From an uncultured Clostridia bacterium (lineage in GTDB: Bacteria; Bacillota; Clostridia; Tissierellales; DATGTQ01): DNA of 64,000 bases. A model generated the notes under the pieces. That model was given only the letters and a program-made list of their open reading frames with translations, was not told where the DNA came from and ran no database searches. A program made the translations under genes and the position numbers. Below are positions 9,665 through 20,428 of this stretch, piece by piece; the stretch's first letter is position 1, and every line of letters starts with the position of its first letter. The stretch covers positions 8,398 through 72,397 of the forward strand of contig CAYUTQ010000005.1 in the NCBI GenBank assembly GCA_964447805.1, written 5' to 3'.

Positions 9665-11501
9665 AGATAATAACACAAATCAAGGCCCAAAGGGTCATGG
9701 ACCTATGGCTGTGAGGTTTGAAAAGCCAAAAGATTTTAAAGGGACTTTCTCCAAACTTCTTGATTATTTAAAACCTTATAGATTAAAACTAATTATAGTT
9801 ATAATTTTTGCTATAGGGAGTACTATTTTTGCCATAGCAGGGCCTAAAATACTTGGGAAAGCAACAACTAAAATATTTGAAGGACTGATTTCAAAGATAT
9901 CTGGTGGCAAAGGAATTGATTTTTCCTATATAGGAGATATAATTTTAACTTTAATAGGATTGTACCTATTGTCCGCACTATTTTCTTATATACAAGGTTT
10001 TATAGTAACTGGAGTTTCACAGAAGGTATCTTATAAATTAAGAAAAGAAATTTCACAGAAGATAAATAGATTACCTCTTAAATATTTTGATTCAATAAGT
10101 TACGGAGAAGTATTATCTAGAGTTACCAATGATGTGGATACAGTAAGTCAATCATTAAACCAGAGTTTAAGTCAGATAATAACATCTGCTACTACTTTGG
10201 TAGGAGTACTCATTATGATGTTATCTATATCTTGGCAGATGACTATTGTTGCAATTTTGATATTACCTATATCAATGATTGTAGTAATGGGAGTAGTTAA
10301 TAGAAGTCAAAAATATTTTAAGGCACAGCAGAAGTCTCTTGGTGAAGTTAATGGACATATAGAAGAAGTATATGGTGGATACAATATAATGAAAGCTTTC
10401 AATGCTAAGGAACAAGTAGTTTCTGAATTTGAAGATATCAATACTGAACTTTATGATTCGGCTTGGAAAGCTCAATTTTTATCAGGGTTGATGATGCCTA
10501 TTATGAACTTTGTTGGCAATTTAGGATATGTTGCAGTTTCAATATTAGGTGGATGGCTTGCTATTAAAAAGACTATAGAGGTAGGAGATATACTTTCCTT
10601 TATTCAGTATATAAGGAGTTTTACTCAGCCAATAACTCAAGTGGCTCAAATAAGTAATGTATTGCAATCTACTATGGCTTCAGCTGAAAGAGTATTTGAA
10701 TTTTTAGCTGAGGAAGAGGAAGCTACAGAATCTCAAACACCTATCAAACTGGAAGAAGTAGAGGGAAGGGTAACTTTTGAAAATGTTAAGTTTGGATACA
10801 ATGAAGATGAAGTTATAATAAAGGATTTTTCTCAAGACATTAGTGAGGGACAAAAAGTTGCCATTGTTGGGCCTACGGGAGCAGGAAAGACTACCATTGT
10901 TAAACTTCTAATGAGATTTTATGATTTAAATGGTGGTAGAATACTTCTTGATGGTCATGATATAGTGGATTTTTCTAGGGGTGATTTGAGAAGCAATTTT
11001 GGTATGGTTCTTCAGGATACATGGCTTTTTAGTGGTACTATAATGGAAAATATAAGATATGGAAGACTTGATGCTACAGATGAAGAAGTAATTCAAGCTG
11101 CAAAATTAGCCCATGCTCATAGGTTCATAACTACCTTACCAGATGGATACAACATGGTTATAAATGAAGAGGCAAACAATATATCCCAAGGGCAGAAACA
11201 GCTTCTTACTATAGCAAGGGCAATTCTTTCAAATCCAAAGGTGCTTATATTAGATGAAGCTACATCTTCTGTAGATACTAGAACTGAAATACTCATACAA
11301 AAAGCCATGGCAAATCTTATGAAAGGGAGAACAGCATTCATTATTGCTCATAGACTTTCAACTATAACAAATGCAGATTTGATCTTGGTTATGAATGATG
11401 GAGATATTATAGAACAAGGTAGTCATGAAGAACTTCTATCAAAAGGTGGATTCTATTATTCCCTTTATAATAGCCAATTTGAAGGAGTAAAAGTGTCGTA
11501 A
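9657..11501 (+). CDS. ABC-B exporter subunit 2 of a heterodimer
   Basis: GPTGAGKTT, SQGQKQL, LDEATSSVD, IAHRLST; overlaps previous stop. Confidence 0.92.
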   Translation: MSKDNNTNQGPKGHGPMAVRFEKPKDFKGTFSKLLDYLKPYRLKLIIVIIFAIGSTIFAIAGPKILGKATTKIFEGLISKISGGKGIDFSYIGDIILTLIGLYLLSALFSYIQGFIVTGVSQKVSYKLRKEISQKINRLPLKYFDSISYGEVLSRVTNDVDTVSQSLNQSLSQIITSATTLVGVLIMMLSISWQMTIVAILILPISMIVVMGVVNRSQKYFKAQQKSLGEVNGHIEEVYGGYNIMKAFNAKEQVVSEFEDINTELYDSAWKAQFLSGLMMPIMNFVGNLGYVAVSILGGWLAIKKTIEVGDILSFIQYIRSFTQPITQVAQISNVLQSTMASAERVFEFLAEEEEATESQTPIKLEEVEGRVTFENVKFGYNEDEVIIKDFSQDISEGQKVAIVGPTGAGKTTIVKLLMRFYDLNGGRILLDGHDIVDFSRGDLRSNFGMVLQDTWLFSGTIMENIRYGRLDATDEEVIQAAKLAHAHRFITTLPDGYNMVINEEANNISQGQKQLLTIARAILSNPKVLILDEATSSVDTRTEILIQKAMANLMKGRTAFIIAHRLSTITNADLILVMNDGDIIEQGSHEELLSKGGFYYSLYNSQFEGVKVS

Positions 11502-11505
11502 AATT

Positions 11506-11535
11506 AAGCCTTGATTAGTTTCTTAATCAAGGCTT
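11506..11535. terminator. Bidirectional terminator
   Basis: AAGCCTTGATTA / TAATCAAGGCTT between convergent genes. Confidence 0.85.
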
Positions 11536-11549
11536 TTATAAATATAAAT

Positions 11550-12050
11550 TTAATATCTATAATGTATTTCGGCATCCTCTTTAGTTTTATGAATTGTGCC
11601 ATGTGGATGTTCAGGTGGTGCATAAATAGAATACAATTTTAGTGGAGTACAACCTATATTGATTAGATTATGCCATTTACCTGCAGGTATCAATATTACA
11701 TAATCAGCAAAAACCCTTTCTTGGAACCATAATCTATCTTTACTATCTCCTATCATGATCAGGCCTTCGCTTTCTTCGATGCGTATAAATTGATCCACAT
11801 TTGGATGCATTTCTAAACCTATATCCTCTTTTGCATTGATATTCATTAAAGTAAGTTGCAAATAATTTCCTGTCCATAGAGCTAATCTATAATTATAATT
11901 TTGATTAGCGGCTTTCTCAATATTAATTACATATGGTTCTGATCCATAATCCCTTAAATAGATGCATTGTTCATGATAATCCCAATAGTTAGTTGGGTTG
12001 TTATTCCAACAAGGATGTTGACGAATATACATATTATAATCGTTATTCAT
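11550..12050 (-). CDS. Cupin-domain protein
   Basis: GLEMHPNVDQFIRIEE and IPAGKWHNLIN cupin motifs; YSIYAPPEHPHGT; RBS GAAGGG. Confidence 0.88.
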   Translation of the reverse strand: MNNDYNMYIRQHPCWNNNPTNYWDYHEQCIYLRDYGSEPYVINIEKAANQNYNYRLALWTGNYLQLTLMNINAKEDIGLEMHPNVDQFIRIEESEGLIMIGDSKDRLWFQERVFADYVILIPAGKWHNLINIGCTPLKLYSIYAPPEHPHGTIHKTKEDAEIHYRY

Positions 12051-12078
12051 AATACCCTTCTTTTCATCGGCTTTCTAA

Positions 12079-12106
12079 TATTATATGTTTTATGATTTAG
12101 AATGTG
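12079..12106 (-). promoter_or_regulatory. SigK/SigE-like promoter for the cupin gene
   Basis: Minus strand CACA-N15-CATATAATA, close to mACm-N16-CATAnnnTA. Confidence 0.45.
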
Positions 12107-12248
12107 ATATAAATAAAATCATGGGATGTTTATCTTTTGTTATGAAATATCCTGATGCATAGGCATTGGGGTATTGCTTTTTTAGTATGGTAGTTGATGA
12201 AAGATGGATGTGATTTATGATATAATTTATTTTAGAAGGTGATGGGGA

Positions 12249-12977
12249 ATGTCAGATACTATAAATGTAGCTATATGTGAGGATGAAAAAGTACAGGTTG
12301 AGCTCTTGGAAAAGCATGTGAAAATTTGGGGAGAACAAAGAAATATAAAGGTTATAATAGAGACTTTTTATAGTGCTGAAAGTTTTGATTTTAGCTGGAG
12401 CATGGACAAAAGATATGATGTACTTTTATTGGATATTCAGATGCCAGGGCAAAATGGCATTGAACTGGCAAAGAAAATAAGAGAAGAAGACGATATAATA
12501 AATATAATCTTCATCACTGCTATACCTGATTATATTCAAGAGGGTTATGATGTAGAGGCAATAAATTACCTAATCAAACCAGTAGATGAAAAGAAACTAT
12601 ATGAATGTTTGGATAGGGCCCTTGAAAAAGTTCCAAAGGAGGAGAAGATAGTTCTTATAGAGGAGCAAGGAGAGATTTATCGAATAATACAGAATGATAT
12701 ATTGTATGTTGAGTCTTTCGGACATGATGTAGAAATAAAAACTATAGATGAAAAATATATTATCAGAAAAAATATGGGTACCGTAGAGAAGGAACTGGAT
12801 GAGAATAGTTTTGTAAGATGTCATAGATCCTATATTGTTGGATTGAAGCATATAAAAAGAATAGGAAAAGATGAGTTGGAATTGGATAATAAGGTTACAA
12901 TTCCTGTGAGCAGGAGACAATACTCTAAAACCAATATGGCATTTATAAGATACTATAGAGGTGAAGTAGATGAATGA
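12249..12977 (+). CDS. LytTR-family response regulator
   Basis: LLDIQMPGQNGIELA receiver; FVRCHRSYIV and IPVSRR LytTR motifs. Confidence 0.95.
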   Translation: MSDTINVAICEDEKVQVELLEKHVKIWGEQRNIKVIIETFYSAESFDFSWSMDKRYDVLLLDIQMPGQNGIELAKKIREEDDIINIIFITAIPDYIQEGYDVEAINYLIKPVDEKKLYECLDRALEKVPKEEKIVLIEEQGEIYRIIQNDILYVESFGHDVEIKTIDEKYIIRKNMGTVEKELDENSFVRCHRSYIVGLKHIKRIGKDELELDNKVTIPVSRRQYSKTNMAFIRYYRGEVDE

Positions 12978-13704
12978 GGGAAAGATAGTTGGGATAATTG
13001 GCATTATTTTAGTTTCATGTATTTTCCTATTTTTCATCATTAGGCATATATTATATAGGCTAGTGGATAAGCGTATTGCTAACTATCAGGATGACCTTAT
13101 GACAAAGCATTATAATGAAGTTGAGAATATCTATAGGCAGATGAGAGGCTGGAGGCATGACTATCACAATCATATACAACTAATGAAGGCATATCTTGAT
13201 TTGGAGAAATATGAAGAAATGGCGGAATATTTAAATAACTTGGATAGGGATTTGACCAATATAGATACAGTTTTGAAAACAGGGAATGTTATGGTAGATG
13301 CAATACTAAATAGTAAACTATCTTTGGCAATTAATCAGGATATAAATATAAATGCAAAGGCAACAGTTCCTAAAAGTCTTCAGATAGCAGATATAGATCT
13401 ATGTGTTATCATTGGAAATTTGATGGACAATGCTATGGAGGCTGCAACTGAGTTGAAAAATCCAGAAGATAGGTTTATAAGGGTGTACATAAGAGAGATG
13501 AAGGGGCAATTATATATTTCCATAACTAATTCCATGAAAGGTAATGCTAAAAAGGCAGGTTTGGAATATATAACCACAAAGTTAGGGAAAAATCATGGTT
13601 TTGGTCTAAAGAGGGTAGACAGCATTGTTGATAAATATGAAGGCTTTATAAATAGACAAAGTGAAGAAGGAGTATTTGTGACAGAGATAACTTTGCCTAT
13701 ATAG
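12970..13704 (+). CDS. Short GHKL/AgrC-like histidine kinase with one TM helix
   Basis: WRHDYHNH H-box, GNLMDNAMEA, NHGFGLKRV; 244 aa. Confidence 0.92.
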   Translation: MNEGKIVGIIGIILVSCIFLFFIIRHILYRLVDKRIANYQDDLMTKHYNEVENIYRQMRGWRHDYHNHIQLMKAYLDLEKYEEMAEYLNNLDRDLTNIDTVLKTGNVMVDAILNSKLSLAINQDININAKATVPKSLQIADIDLCVIIGNLMDNAMEAATELKNPEDRFIRVYIREMKGQLYISITNSMKGNAKKAGLEYITTKLGKNHGFGLKRVDSIVDKYEGFINRQSEEGVFVTEITLPI

Positions 13705-13705
13705 T

Positions 13706-13736
13706 ACCACTGGTGTCAGAAAAGGAACCATTGGTG
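13706..13736 (+). promoter_or_regulatory. LytTR-type direct-repeat operator
   Basis: ACCACTGGTG (13706) and ACCATTGGTG (13727), 21-bp period, upstream of the ABC pair. Confidence 0.65.
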
Positions 13737-13782
13737 CTTTTTTTATATATAAAATGATCTTTATTGCTATTATATAGTTGAG

Positions 13783-15612
13783 GTGATGAAAATGGTCAAA
13801 TATTCTACTTGGGAAAATACTTTTTATCTATTAAAAAATATTTGGAAATGGGATAAAGTGTTGTTTTTATTATCCGCAATACAAGTCCCTGCTACGGTAA
13901 TCATACCTTTGCTGGGAATATATTTGCCAAAAGTATTGATAGATTCTATTGCAGAGAGTGTATCTATTTCACAATTGATGATAAATATTGGAGTACCTAT
14001 TATTGGTATAATTGCTTTAAATATTATACTAAAGGCTTCATCAGAAGGTATAGTTGGCAAAAAAATCTTTCATAGAATGAAATATGTAAGATTGCTAATG
14101 TATAAGCAAATGGATACAGATTTTGAAAATATAGATGGTCCAGAGGCACAAGAAAAATCTATGAAAGCAAATATGGCTACAAATCAAAATTCTGCTGCTA
14201 CTGAGGCAATAATAGATACTAGCATAGAATTTTTCTCCAATATTTTTGGTTTTATACTATATGCAGGGATAATATTTACAATCCATCCTCTAATAGTTGG
14301 ATTTATCATTCTATCATCGGTTATAAATTATTTTGTAGGGAAATATGTAAATAATTATGAACATAAGAACAAGGACAATTTAGCACCTATAGAAAGGAAA
14401 CTTAGATATATAAGATTTAAGACAGGAGATTTTAAATCAGCTAAGGACATGAGACTTTATAATATGTCTCCTTGGTTTCAAGGTATGTACCATAAACTTT
14501 TAAATAGAAGAATATATTTTCAAAAGAAAAATGTATCTCGTAGATATTTTTCTAATATAGTAGATGGAATATTGCTTTTTATAAGAGATGGAATGACCTA
14601 TGGATTTCTTATATATTCAGTTTTATATAAAAACATGCCTATAGGGGACTTTGTATTATATTTTGGTGCAGTAACTGGACTTTCTACATGGTTATCAGGG
14701 ATTGTAAAAAATCTAAATGAATTAAATTCTATGAGTCTTGCGACAAATGATTTGAGGGAATTCCTTGAAATGAAAGATAATATGAATAGGGATGAGGGGG
14801 TAGATTTGCCAAAATCCTATGAGCTACCTTGCGATATAGAACTTAAAAATCTATATTATAAATATCCTGAGGCTAAGAACTACACTATTAAAGATATAAG
14901 TCTTCATATTAAAAAGGGAGAAAAATTAGCGTTGGTAGGGGTTAATGGGGCAGGAAAAACCACATTAGTAAAACTTATTTGCGGACTATATACTCCTACA
15001 AAAGGTGAAATATATATAAATGGAAAGAAATCTAGTCTTTACAATAGGGATGAATACTATACCTTGTTTTCTGTGGTATTTCAGGATACCTATCTATTGC
15101 CTGTATCCATAGAAAAGAATATTGCATTGGTTCCAGAAGAAGATATTGATGATGAAAAGATGGATAAAGTTCTTAATATGTCAGGCTTGATGAATAAGAT
15201 AAAATCCTTGCCAAATGACAGAAAGACTTTACTGGTTAAATCCGTATATGATGAGGCCATAGAGTTATCAGGAGGGGAGACTCAAAAGCTAATGCTTGCT
15301 AGAGCTTTGTATAAAGATGCCCCTATAATAATACTAGATGAACCAACAGCGGCATTGGATCCTATAGCAGAAAATGAAATATACCAAAAGTATAATGAAT
15401 TAACAAAAAATCATACTAGCGTATTCATATCCCATAGATTATCTTCTACAAGATTTTGCGATAGGATAGTGTTTTTAGAAGATGGCAGGATAGTGGAAGA
15501 AGGAGATCATTATAGCCTGATGGAGAAAAACGGGAGATATAGGCAGATGTATGATGTTCAATCTTATTATTATAAAGATGATATAGGTGGTGAAGAATAT
15601 GCAGAAGAATAA
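13783..15612 (+). CDS. ABC-B type exporter (TMD+NBD)
   Basis: GVNGAGKTT, ELSGGETQK, LDEPTAALDP, ISHRLSS. Confidence 0.92.
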   Translation: MMKMVKYSTWENTFYLLKNIWKWDKVLFLLSAIQVPATVIIPLLGIYLPKVLIDSIAESVSISQLMINIGVPIIGIIALNIILKASSEGIVGKKIFHRMKYVRLLMYKQMDTDFENIDGPEAQEKSMKANMATNQNSAATEAIIDTSIEFFSNIFGFILYAGIIFTIHPLIVGFIILSSVINYFVGKYVNNYEHKNKDNLAPIERKLRYIRFKTGDFKSAKDMRLYNMSPWFQGMYHKLLNRRIYFQKKNVSRRYFSNIVDGILLFIRDGMTYGFLIYSVLYKNMPIGDFVLYFGAVTGLSTWLSGIVKNLNELNSMSLATNDLREFLEMKDNMNRDEGVDLPKSYELPCDIELKNLYYKYPEAKNYTIKDISLHIKKGEKLALVGVNGAGKTTLVKLICGLYTPTKGEIYINGKKSSLYNRDEYYTLFSVVFQDTYLLPVSIEKNIALVPEEDIDDEKMDKVLNMSGLMNKIKSLPNDRKTLLVKSVYDEAIELSGGETQKLMLARALYKDAPIIILDEPTAALDPIAENEIYQKYNELTKNHTSVFISHRLSSTRFCDRIVFLEDGRIVEEGDHYSLMEKNGRYRQMYDVQSYYYKDDIGGEEYAEE

Positions 15613-17461
15613 ATTTAAGCAAAATATTAAAACATTAAGTATTGGTCTAAACGAAATTCATGAATTGCAGCCATGGACATTGTTTGTTTATATATTTGAT
15701 GCTCTTTTTGAATCTTTAGCACCTTTTATAAATATATATATGGTATCAAGAATCATTGATGAATTGACGGGAGGAAAGGATGTAGATAGACTTATATTTT
15801 TGGTGGGACTTACCATAGGATTAAACTTGATAGTTCATTTAATATCTACTGGATTAGGTCATTTAATGCTTATGCTTATGGATATAGTAAGTGAGAATCA
15901 AGATATGAAGATGAACGAAAAGATAATAAATATGGACTATGAACATGTTGAAAACCCGGAGACACATAATCTTCGTACTAAGATAACTGAGTCACAAAAT
16001 TTTAATGATGGAGGAATTATAGGTCTTCTAAATTATTTAAGATTATTTGTGAAAGGTTTGGCTACAGTTATTATATCTATTGTATTAGTTGTAGAATTGT
16101 TTAAACCAGATACAATAGCAGGTGGGAATTTATCTTTTATGAACACAAGATTATTTTCTTATGTTTTTTTGGCACTGGTTTTAGCAGGGACTACAATTAA
16201 TTTATATTTAAAGACCACAACAGATAAAAAGATTTTTGGCTATTTTAGTGGGATAATGGATTTTAATAGAATCTTTAGTTTTTATTTTGAACAAGTTTTA
16301 GACTATAATGTTGGAAAGGAAATAAGACTATATGATCAAAAACATATATATGATAAAGAAATAGAATCATTTATCCAAGGCTCGGATGGAACATTAAAGG
16401 GTATAGAAAGTATTAGCACTAAATACGGGGGGATAAGTGCATTTATATCCTCATTAATAGGTGGATTAGTCTATATATTTGTTGGACTGAAGGCTGTAGC
16501 AGGAAGTATATCCATAGGAAGTATAGTTCAATATACAGGAAGTATAAATCAATTCATATCTGGAAGTACTTTAGTTTTAACTTCTATAAATAGTATTATA
16601 AATAATAATCAATATCTACAATTGTATATAGATTTTCTAAATATAGAAGGGGAAAAATACAAGGGAACTTTACCAGTGGAAAAAAGGGATGATGATGAAT
16701 ATGAGATAGAGTTTAGAAATGTATCTTTCAAATATCCAGGGACAGATGAATATGTATTAAAAAATGTGTCAATAGAGCTAAATATTGGGGAACGTTTGGC
16801 AATAGTAGGTATGAATGGTTCTGGAAAGACTACTTTTATCAAACTTTTATGCAGATTGTATGATCCAGATGAAGGGGAGATACTTCTAAATGGTATAGAT
16901 ATTAAAAAATATGATTATGAAGAATATATGAATTTATTTTCTATAGTATTTCAAGACTTCAAATTATTTTCATTCTCATTAGGTCAAAATGTGGCAGCAT
17001 CAGTAGATTATGATGAAAAAGAGGTTGAAGATGTTCTAGAGAAAGTTGGTTTCAAAGAAAGATTAGATACTATGCCAAAGGGTGTACAAACACCATTATA
17101 TAAGGATTTTGATAAAATTGGGGTGGAGATTTCTGGAGGAGAGGCTCAAAAAATAGCATTGGCTAGAGCATTGTATCGTGATGCACCTATTATCATACTA
17201 GACGAACCAACAGCAGCATTGGATCCTATAGCTGAGTTTGAAATATATTCTAAGTTCAATGAAATAGTAGGTACAAAAACTGCTTTCTATATATCTCATA
17301 GACTTTCATCTTGCAGATTTTGTGATGAGATAGCAGTATTTCATGAAGGCAGGATAATCCAAAAAGGAACTCATGAAGAATTATTAGAAGATGAAGAAGG
17401 AAAGTATTATGAACTATGGCATTCACAAGCACAATATTATAATGATGAAAAAAGTGCATAA
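15599..17461 (+). CDS. ABC-B type exporter (TMD+NBD), partner of the upstream gene
   Basis: GMNGSGKTT, EISGGEAQK, LDEPTAALDP; likely ATG 15599. Confidence 0.92.
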   Translation: MQKNKFKQNIKTLSIGLNEIHELQPWTLFVYIFDALFESLAPFINIYMVSRIIDELTGGKDVDRLIFLVGLTIGLNLIVHLISTGLGHLMLMLMDIVSENQDMKMNEKIINMDYEHVENPETHNLRTKITESQNFNDGGIIGLLNYLRLFVKGLATVIISIVLVVELFKPDTIAGGNLSFMNTRLFSYVFLALVLAGTTINLYLKTTTDKKIFGYFSGIMDFNRIFSFYFEQVLDYNVGKEIRLYDQKHIYDKEIESFIQGSDGTLKGIESISTKYGGISAFISSLIGGLVYIFVGLKAVAGSISIGSIVQYTGSINQFISGSTLVLTSINSIINNNQYLQLYIDFLNIEGEKYKGTLPVEKRDDDEYEIEFRNVSFKYPGTDEYVLKNVSIELNIGERLAIVGMNGSGKTTFIKLLCRLYDPDEGEILLNGIDIKKYDYEEYMNLFSIVFQDFKLFSFSLGQNVAASVDYDEKEVEDVLEKVGFKERLDTMPKGVQTPLYKDFDKIGVEISGGEAQKIALARALYRDAPIIILDEPTAALDPIAEFEIYSKFNEIVGTKTAFYISHRLSSCRFCDEIAVFHEGRIIQKGTHEELLEDEEGKYYELWHSQAQYYNDEKSA

Positions 17462-17473
17462 GGGCAGAATGTG

Positions 17474-17506
17474 ACAGCAGGGGTGGTGAACCGTTCCTGC
17501 TGTTTG
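17474..17506 (+). terminator. Probable terminator
   Basis: ACAGCAGG / CCTGCTGT stem followed by TTG. Confidence 0.55.
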
Positions 17507-17576
17507 TATTATATTTGTTATGGTATAATGTACTAAAAAGGTGGTAAGGTGAAATGGGTAGGAAGGTGGAAACAGC

Positions 17577-18263
17577 ATGGTTAATGAGAATGATTCAAGA
17601 ATACTTATTGTTGAAGATGATACAAATATCAACAATTATATTTTTGAAAGTCTTTTAGTTAATAATTATAATTGTAAACAGGCTTTTTCTGGAACGGAAG
17701 CTTTGATTTATTTAGAAAAATATGATTTTGATATTATTTTGCTTGATTTAATGCTTCCAGGAATTTCAGGAGAACAATTAATATCAGAAATAAAAAAATT
17801 GACGGACTCCTCTATCATTGTTATTTCTGCGAAGGATGAATTAGAAAACAAAGTTGATGTATTAATGTTAGAAGCGGATGATTACCTTACAAAGCCCTTT
17901 AAAATAGAAGAATTAAAGGCTAGAATGTTTGTGCAATTAAGAAATAAGAACAAGAAAGTGAATAATAAATTGATGAAATATAAAAATCTGACACTAGATA
18001 GATCTTTGCATAAGGTAATGATTGAGAATCATGAAGTGGATTTAACTCCGCAAGAATTTAAAATTTTAGAATTATTATTAAGCTTTCCTAATAGGGTATT
18101 TTCAAAGCAAGATATCTATGATTTCGCATGGGACGAATACTTTGAAGGAGAAGATAAAACAGTAAATGTACATATTAGTAATATAAGAAAAAAGTTCAAA
18201 AAGTATACAGATGAAGAATATATAGAAACAGTTTGGGGAATAGGATTTCGGTTAAGCAAATAA
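17577..18263 (+). CDS. OmpR-family response regulator
   Basis: LLDLMLPGISG, ADDYLTKPF, VNVHISNIRKK, IETVWGIGF. Confidence 0.95.
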   Translation: MVNENDSRILIVEDDTNINNYIFESLLVNNYNCKQAFSGTEALIYLEKYDFDIILLDLMLPGISGEQLISEIKKLTDSSIIVISAKDELENKVDVLMLEADDYLTKPFKIEELKARMFVQLRNKNKKVNNKLMKYKNLTLDRSLHKVMIENHEVDLTPQEFKILELLLSFPNRVFSKQDIYDFAWDEYFEGEDKTVNVHISNIRKKFKKYTDEEYIETVWGIGFRLSK

Positions 18264-18264
18264 A

Positions 18265-18282
18265 TCTTTAACAATTCTTTAA
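18265..18282 (+). promoter_or_regulatory. OmpR-type tandem direct repeat
   Basis: TCTTTAA at 18265 and 18276 (11-bp period); TATAAT at ~18315. Confidence 0.55.
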
Positions 18283-18350
18283 TTTTTATTTTCGAATTGT
18301 TAAACTTTTTCTTTTATAATGTAAGTGATTATAAGAGAAGGAGGTTAAAA

Positions 18351-19274
18351 ATGAATTATTTACTTTCAGTTCAAAACTTATCAAAAAAATATAGCAATCA
18401 ATTTGCCATTAATAATATAAGCTTAAATTTAAAAAAAGGCGAAATTTATGGGCTAATTGGGAAAAATGGAGCAGGGAAAACAACACTTTTAAAGATTATA
18501 GCAGGATTGGTAAAACCTAGCGATGGGGATGTTGCTTTATTTGACTATAGTGGGGCTAGCAGGAAAAAGGTTTTATCAAGAATAGGTACATTGATAGAAG
18601 CTCCTGGACTATATTCAAATTTAACAGCATATGACAACTTGAAGTTAAAGTGTTTATGCTTAGGGATAAATGATCCTAAATATATTGGTTCTATCTTAGA
18701 AATTGTTGGGCTAGAAGGGGAGTCAAACAAAAAGGTGAAACAATATTCTTTAGGAATGAAACAGAGATTAGGAATTGCTATGGCATTAGTAGGAGAACCA
18801 GATTTGTTATTATTAGATGAACCTATAAATGGACTAGATCCACAAGGGATAAAGGATGTTAGAGATATTGTATTGAAACTCAACAAAGAGTTGGGGATAA
18901 CAATGATAATTTCAAGTCACATTTTGGATGAATTGTTAAAGATCGTTGATAGGTTTGGAATAATCAATGATGGAAGGCTATTAAAAGAAATATCGAAGGC
19001 AGAGCTTAAGGAAATATGTTGCAATCATATTGAAATAAAGATAGAAGAACCTAAAAAAGCAATTGTAGTCCTAGACAAATTAGGATTTAACAATTACAAG
19101 GTAATAGATAATCATACGATAAATATTTATGAAAGATTAAATGATAGTGGATTAATCTCAATGGAATTATATAAGAATAATATTTCTATTAACAGCATTT
19201 GCATAGAATCTATTTCCATAGAGAATTATTTTATTCATTTGACGGGAGGGAATATTGATGAACAATCTAATTAG
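18351..19274 (+). CDS. ABC ATPase, BcrA/LanF-like
   Basis: GKNGAGKTT, YSLGMKQRLG, LDEPINGLDPQG, ISSHIL; AGGAGG before ATG 18351. Confidence 0.93.
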   Translation: MNYLLSVQNLSKKYSNQFAINNISLNLKKGEIYGLIGKNGAGKTTLLKIIAGLVKPSDGDVALFDYSGASRKKVLSRIGTLIEAPGLYSNLTAYDNLKLKCLCLGINDPKYIGSILEIVGLEGESNKKVKQYSLGMKQRLGIAMALVGEPDLLLLDEPINGLDPQGIKDVRDIVLKLNKELGITMIISSHILDELLKIVDRFGIINDGRLLKEISKAELKEICCNHIEIKIEEPKKAIVVLDKLGFNNYKVIDNHTINIYERLNDSGLISMELYKNNISINSICIESISIENYFIHLTGGNIDEQSN

Positions 19275-20428
19275 GATGGATTTTTATCGTATGAGAAAAA
19301 GTAAAACCACATGGATTATTTTGATGTTTTTGATATTAATGATGTTTGCCTCTGTTTATATGTCTTATTCGGATATAGAGTATTACAAGAACAATCCATC
19401 TGCATTAGAAAATCTAAAATCATCTTCGGAGGAAGTTAATTGGGGAATGTATATAGGGAGTGTTTCGGCAAAGTGGTGCGAAGATAATAAAGTTCCCGTT
19501 GATGGATTAATCAAAATAAATATTCAGAGCAAAATTGTACTAATGTTTTTAGTTGTGTTATTGTGGGTTTTGTAAGTAAAGAAAATACTTCTGGTTTTAT
19601 TAAAAATATTGCAGGACAAGTATCAAATCGTGGATTTATATTGTTGTCTAAAATGATTATCGTAGGGATATATTCATTAATTTTATTGGCAGTAGCAATT
19701 GTAACAATATTTGTAAGTAGTAAAATATTGTTTGGATATGTTTTTGAGGAGAATTTAGGATTGTTGATAAAATATATTCTTTATCAATGGATATTGCATG
19801 TGGCATTTGGATCATTTATGATATTTTTAATTACACTTTTAAAAAATGAAATTGCAAGTTTATTGATAGGAATTTTAGTTTCTGCTGGTATACTACAAAT
19901 TGTTGATGCTTTCATAAAATCAAATAAAAAAAGTATAATGTACTTTTTAAATTCAGGAAACATTGGACGATTAAGTTTGGGAGATTGTAGACCATTACTT
20001 ATAGCGGTTGTTTCAATGACAATATATATGGCAATTAGTATGTATGTTATCAATAATAGAGATATTCAATAAGGAGAGTATTAGGATGAAGTTTGCGTTA
20101 ATTATTATCATTATTATTTTATTTATTGCTATATTATATTTATATAATTATTGGAAACAAGTTCGTTCTATTGCTGAGCAATTAAAATTTATTATTTCAC
20201 ATGATACAAATAAAATTATTTTTTGTAATATGAAAGATAAAGAAATAAACAAATTAGCTAGAGAAATTAATGAATTGATTAATCAATCAAAGGGTTTAAA
20301 AAAGGAATATGTAAATAAAGATATTTATTTAAAAAACACTTTAACAAGCTTATCTCATGATATAAGAACTCCGTTAACTTCCTTAGATGGTTATATTCAA
20401 TTACTAAAAGTAAGTGATGATTTGAATA
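19190..20428 (+). repeat. 1,239-bp direct repeat, copy 1
   Basis: Line-by-line match to 29431-30669 (offset 10,241); only 3 mismatches seen (19201, 19202, 19224). Confidence 0.97.
19258..20072 (+). pseudogene. ABC-2-type permease split by a 1-nt deletion
   Basis: 106-aa and 169-aa ORFs overlap at 19563-19575; adding one T at GTGTTA (~19557) gives VVFIVGFVSKENTSGFIKN and a 271-aa protein. Confidence 0.85.

Noticed and set aside
20098-20130. ATT/ATC triplet run as a variable tandem repeat
   Set aside because: It encodes the poly-Ile TM helix of the kinase and is identical in both repeat copies.
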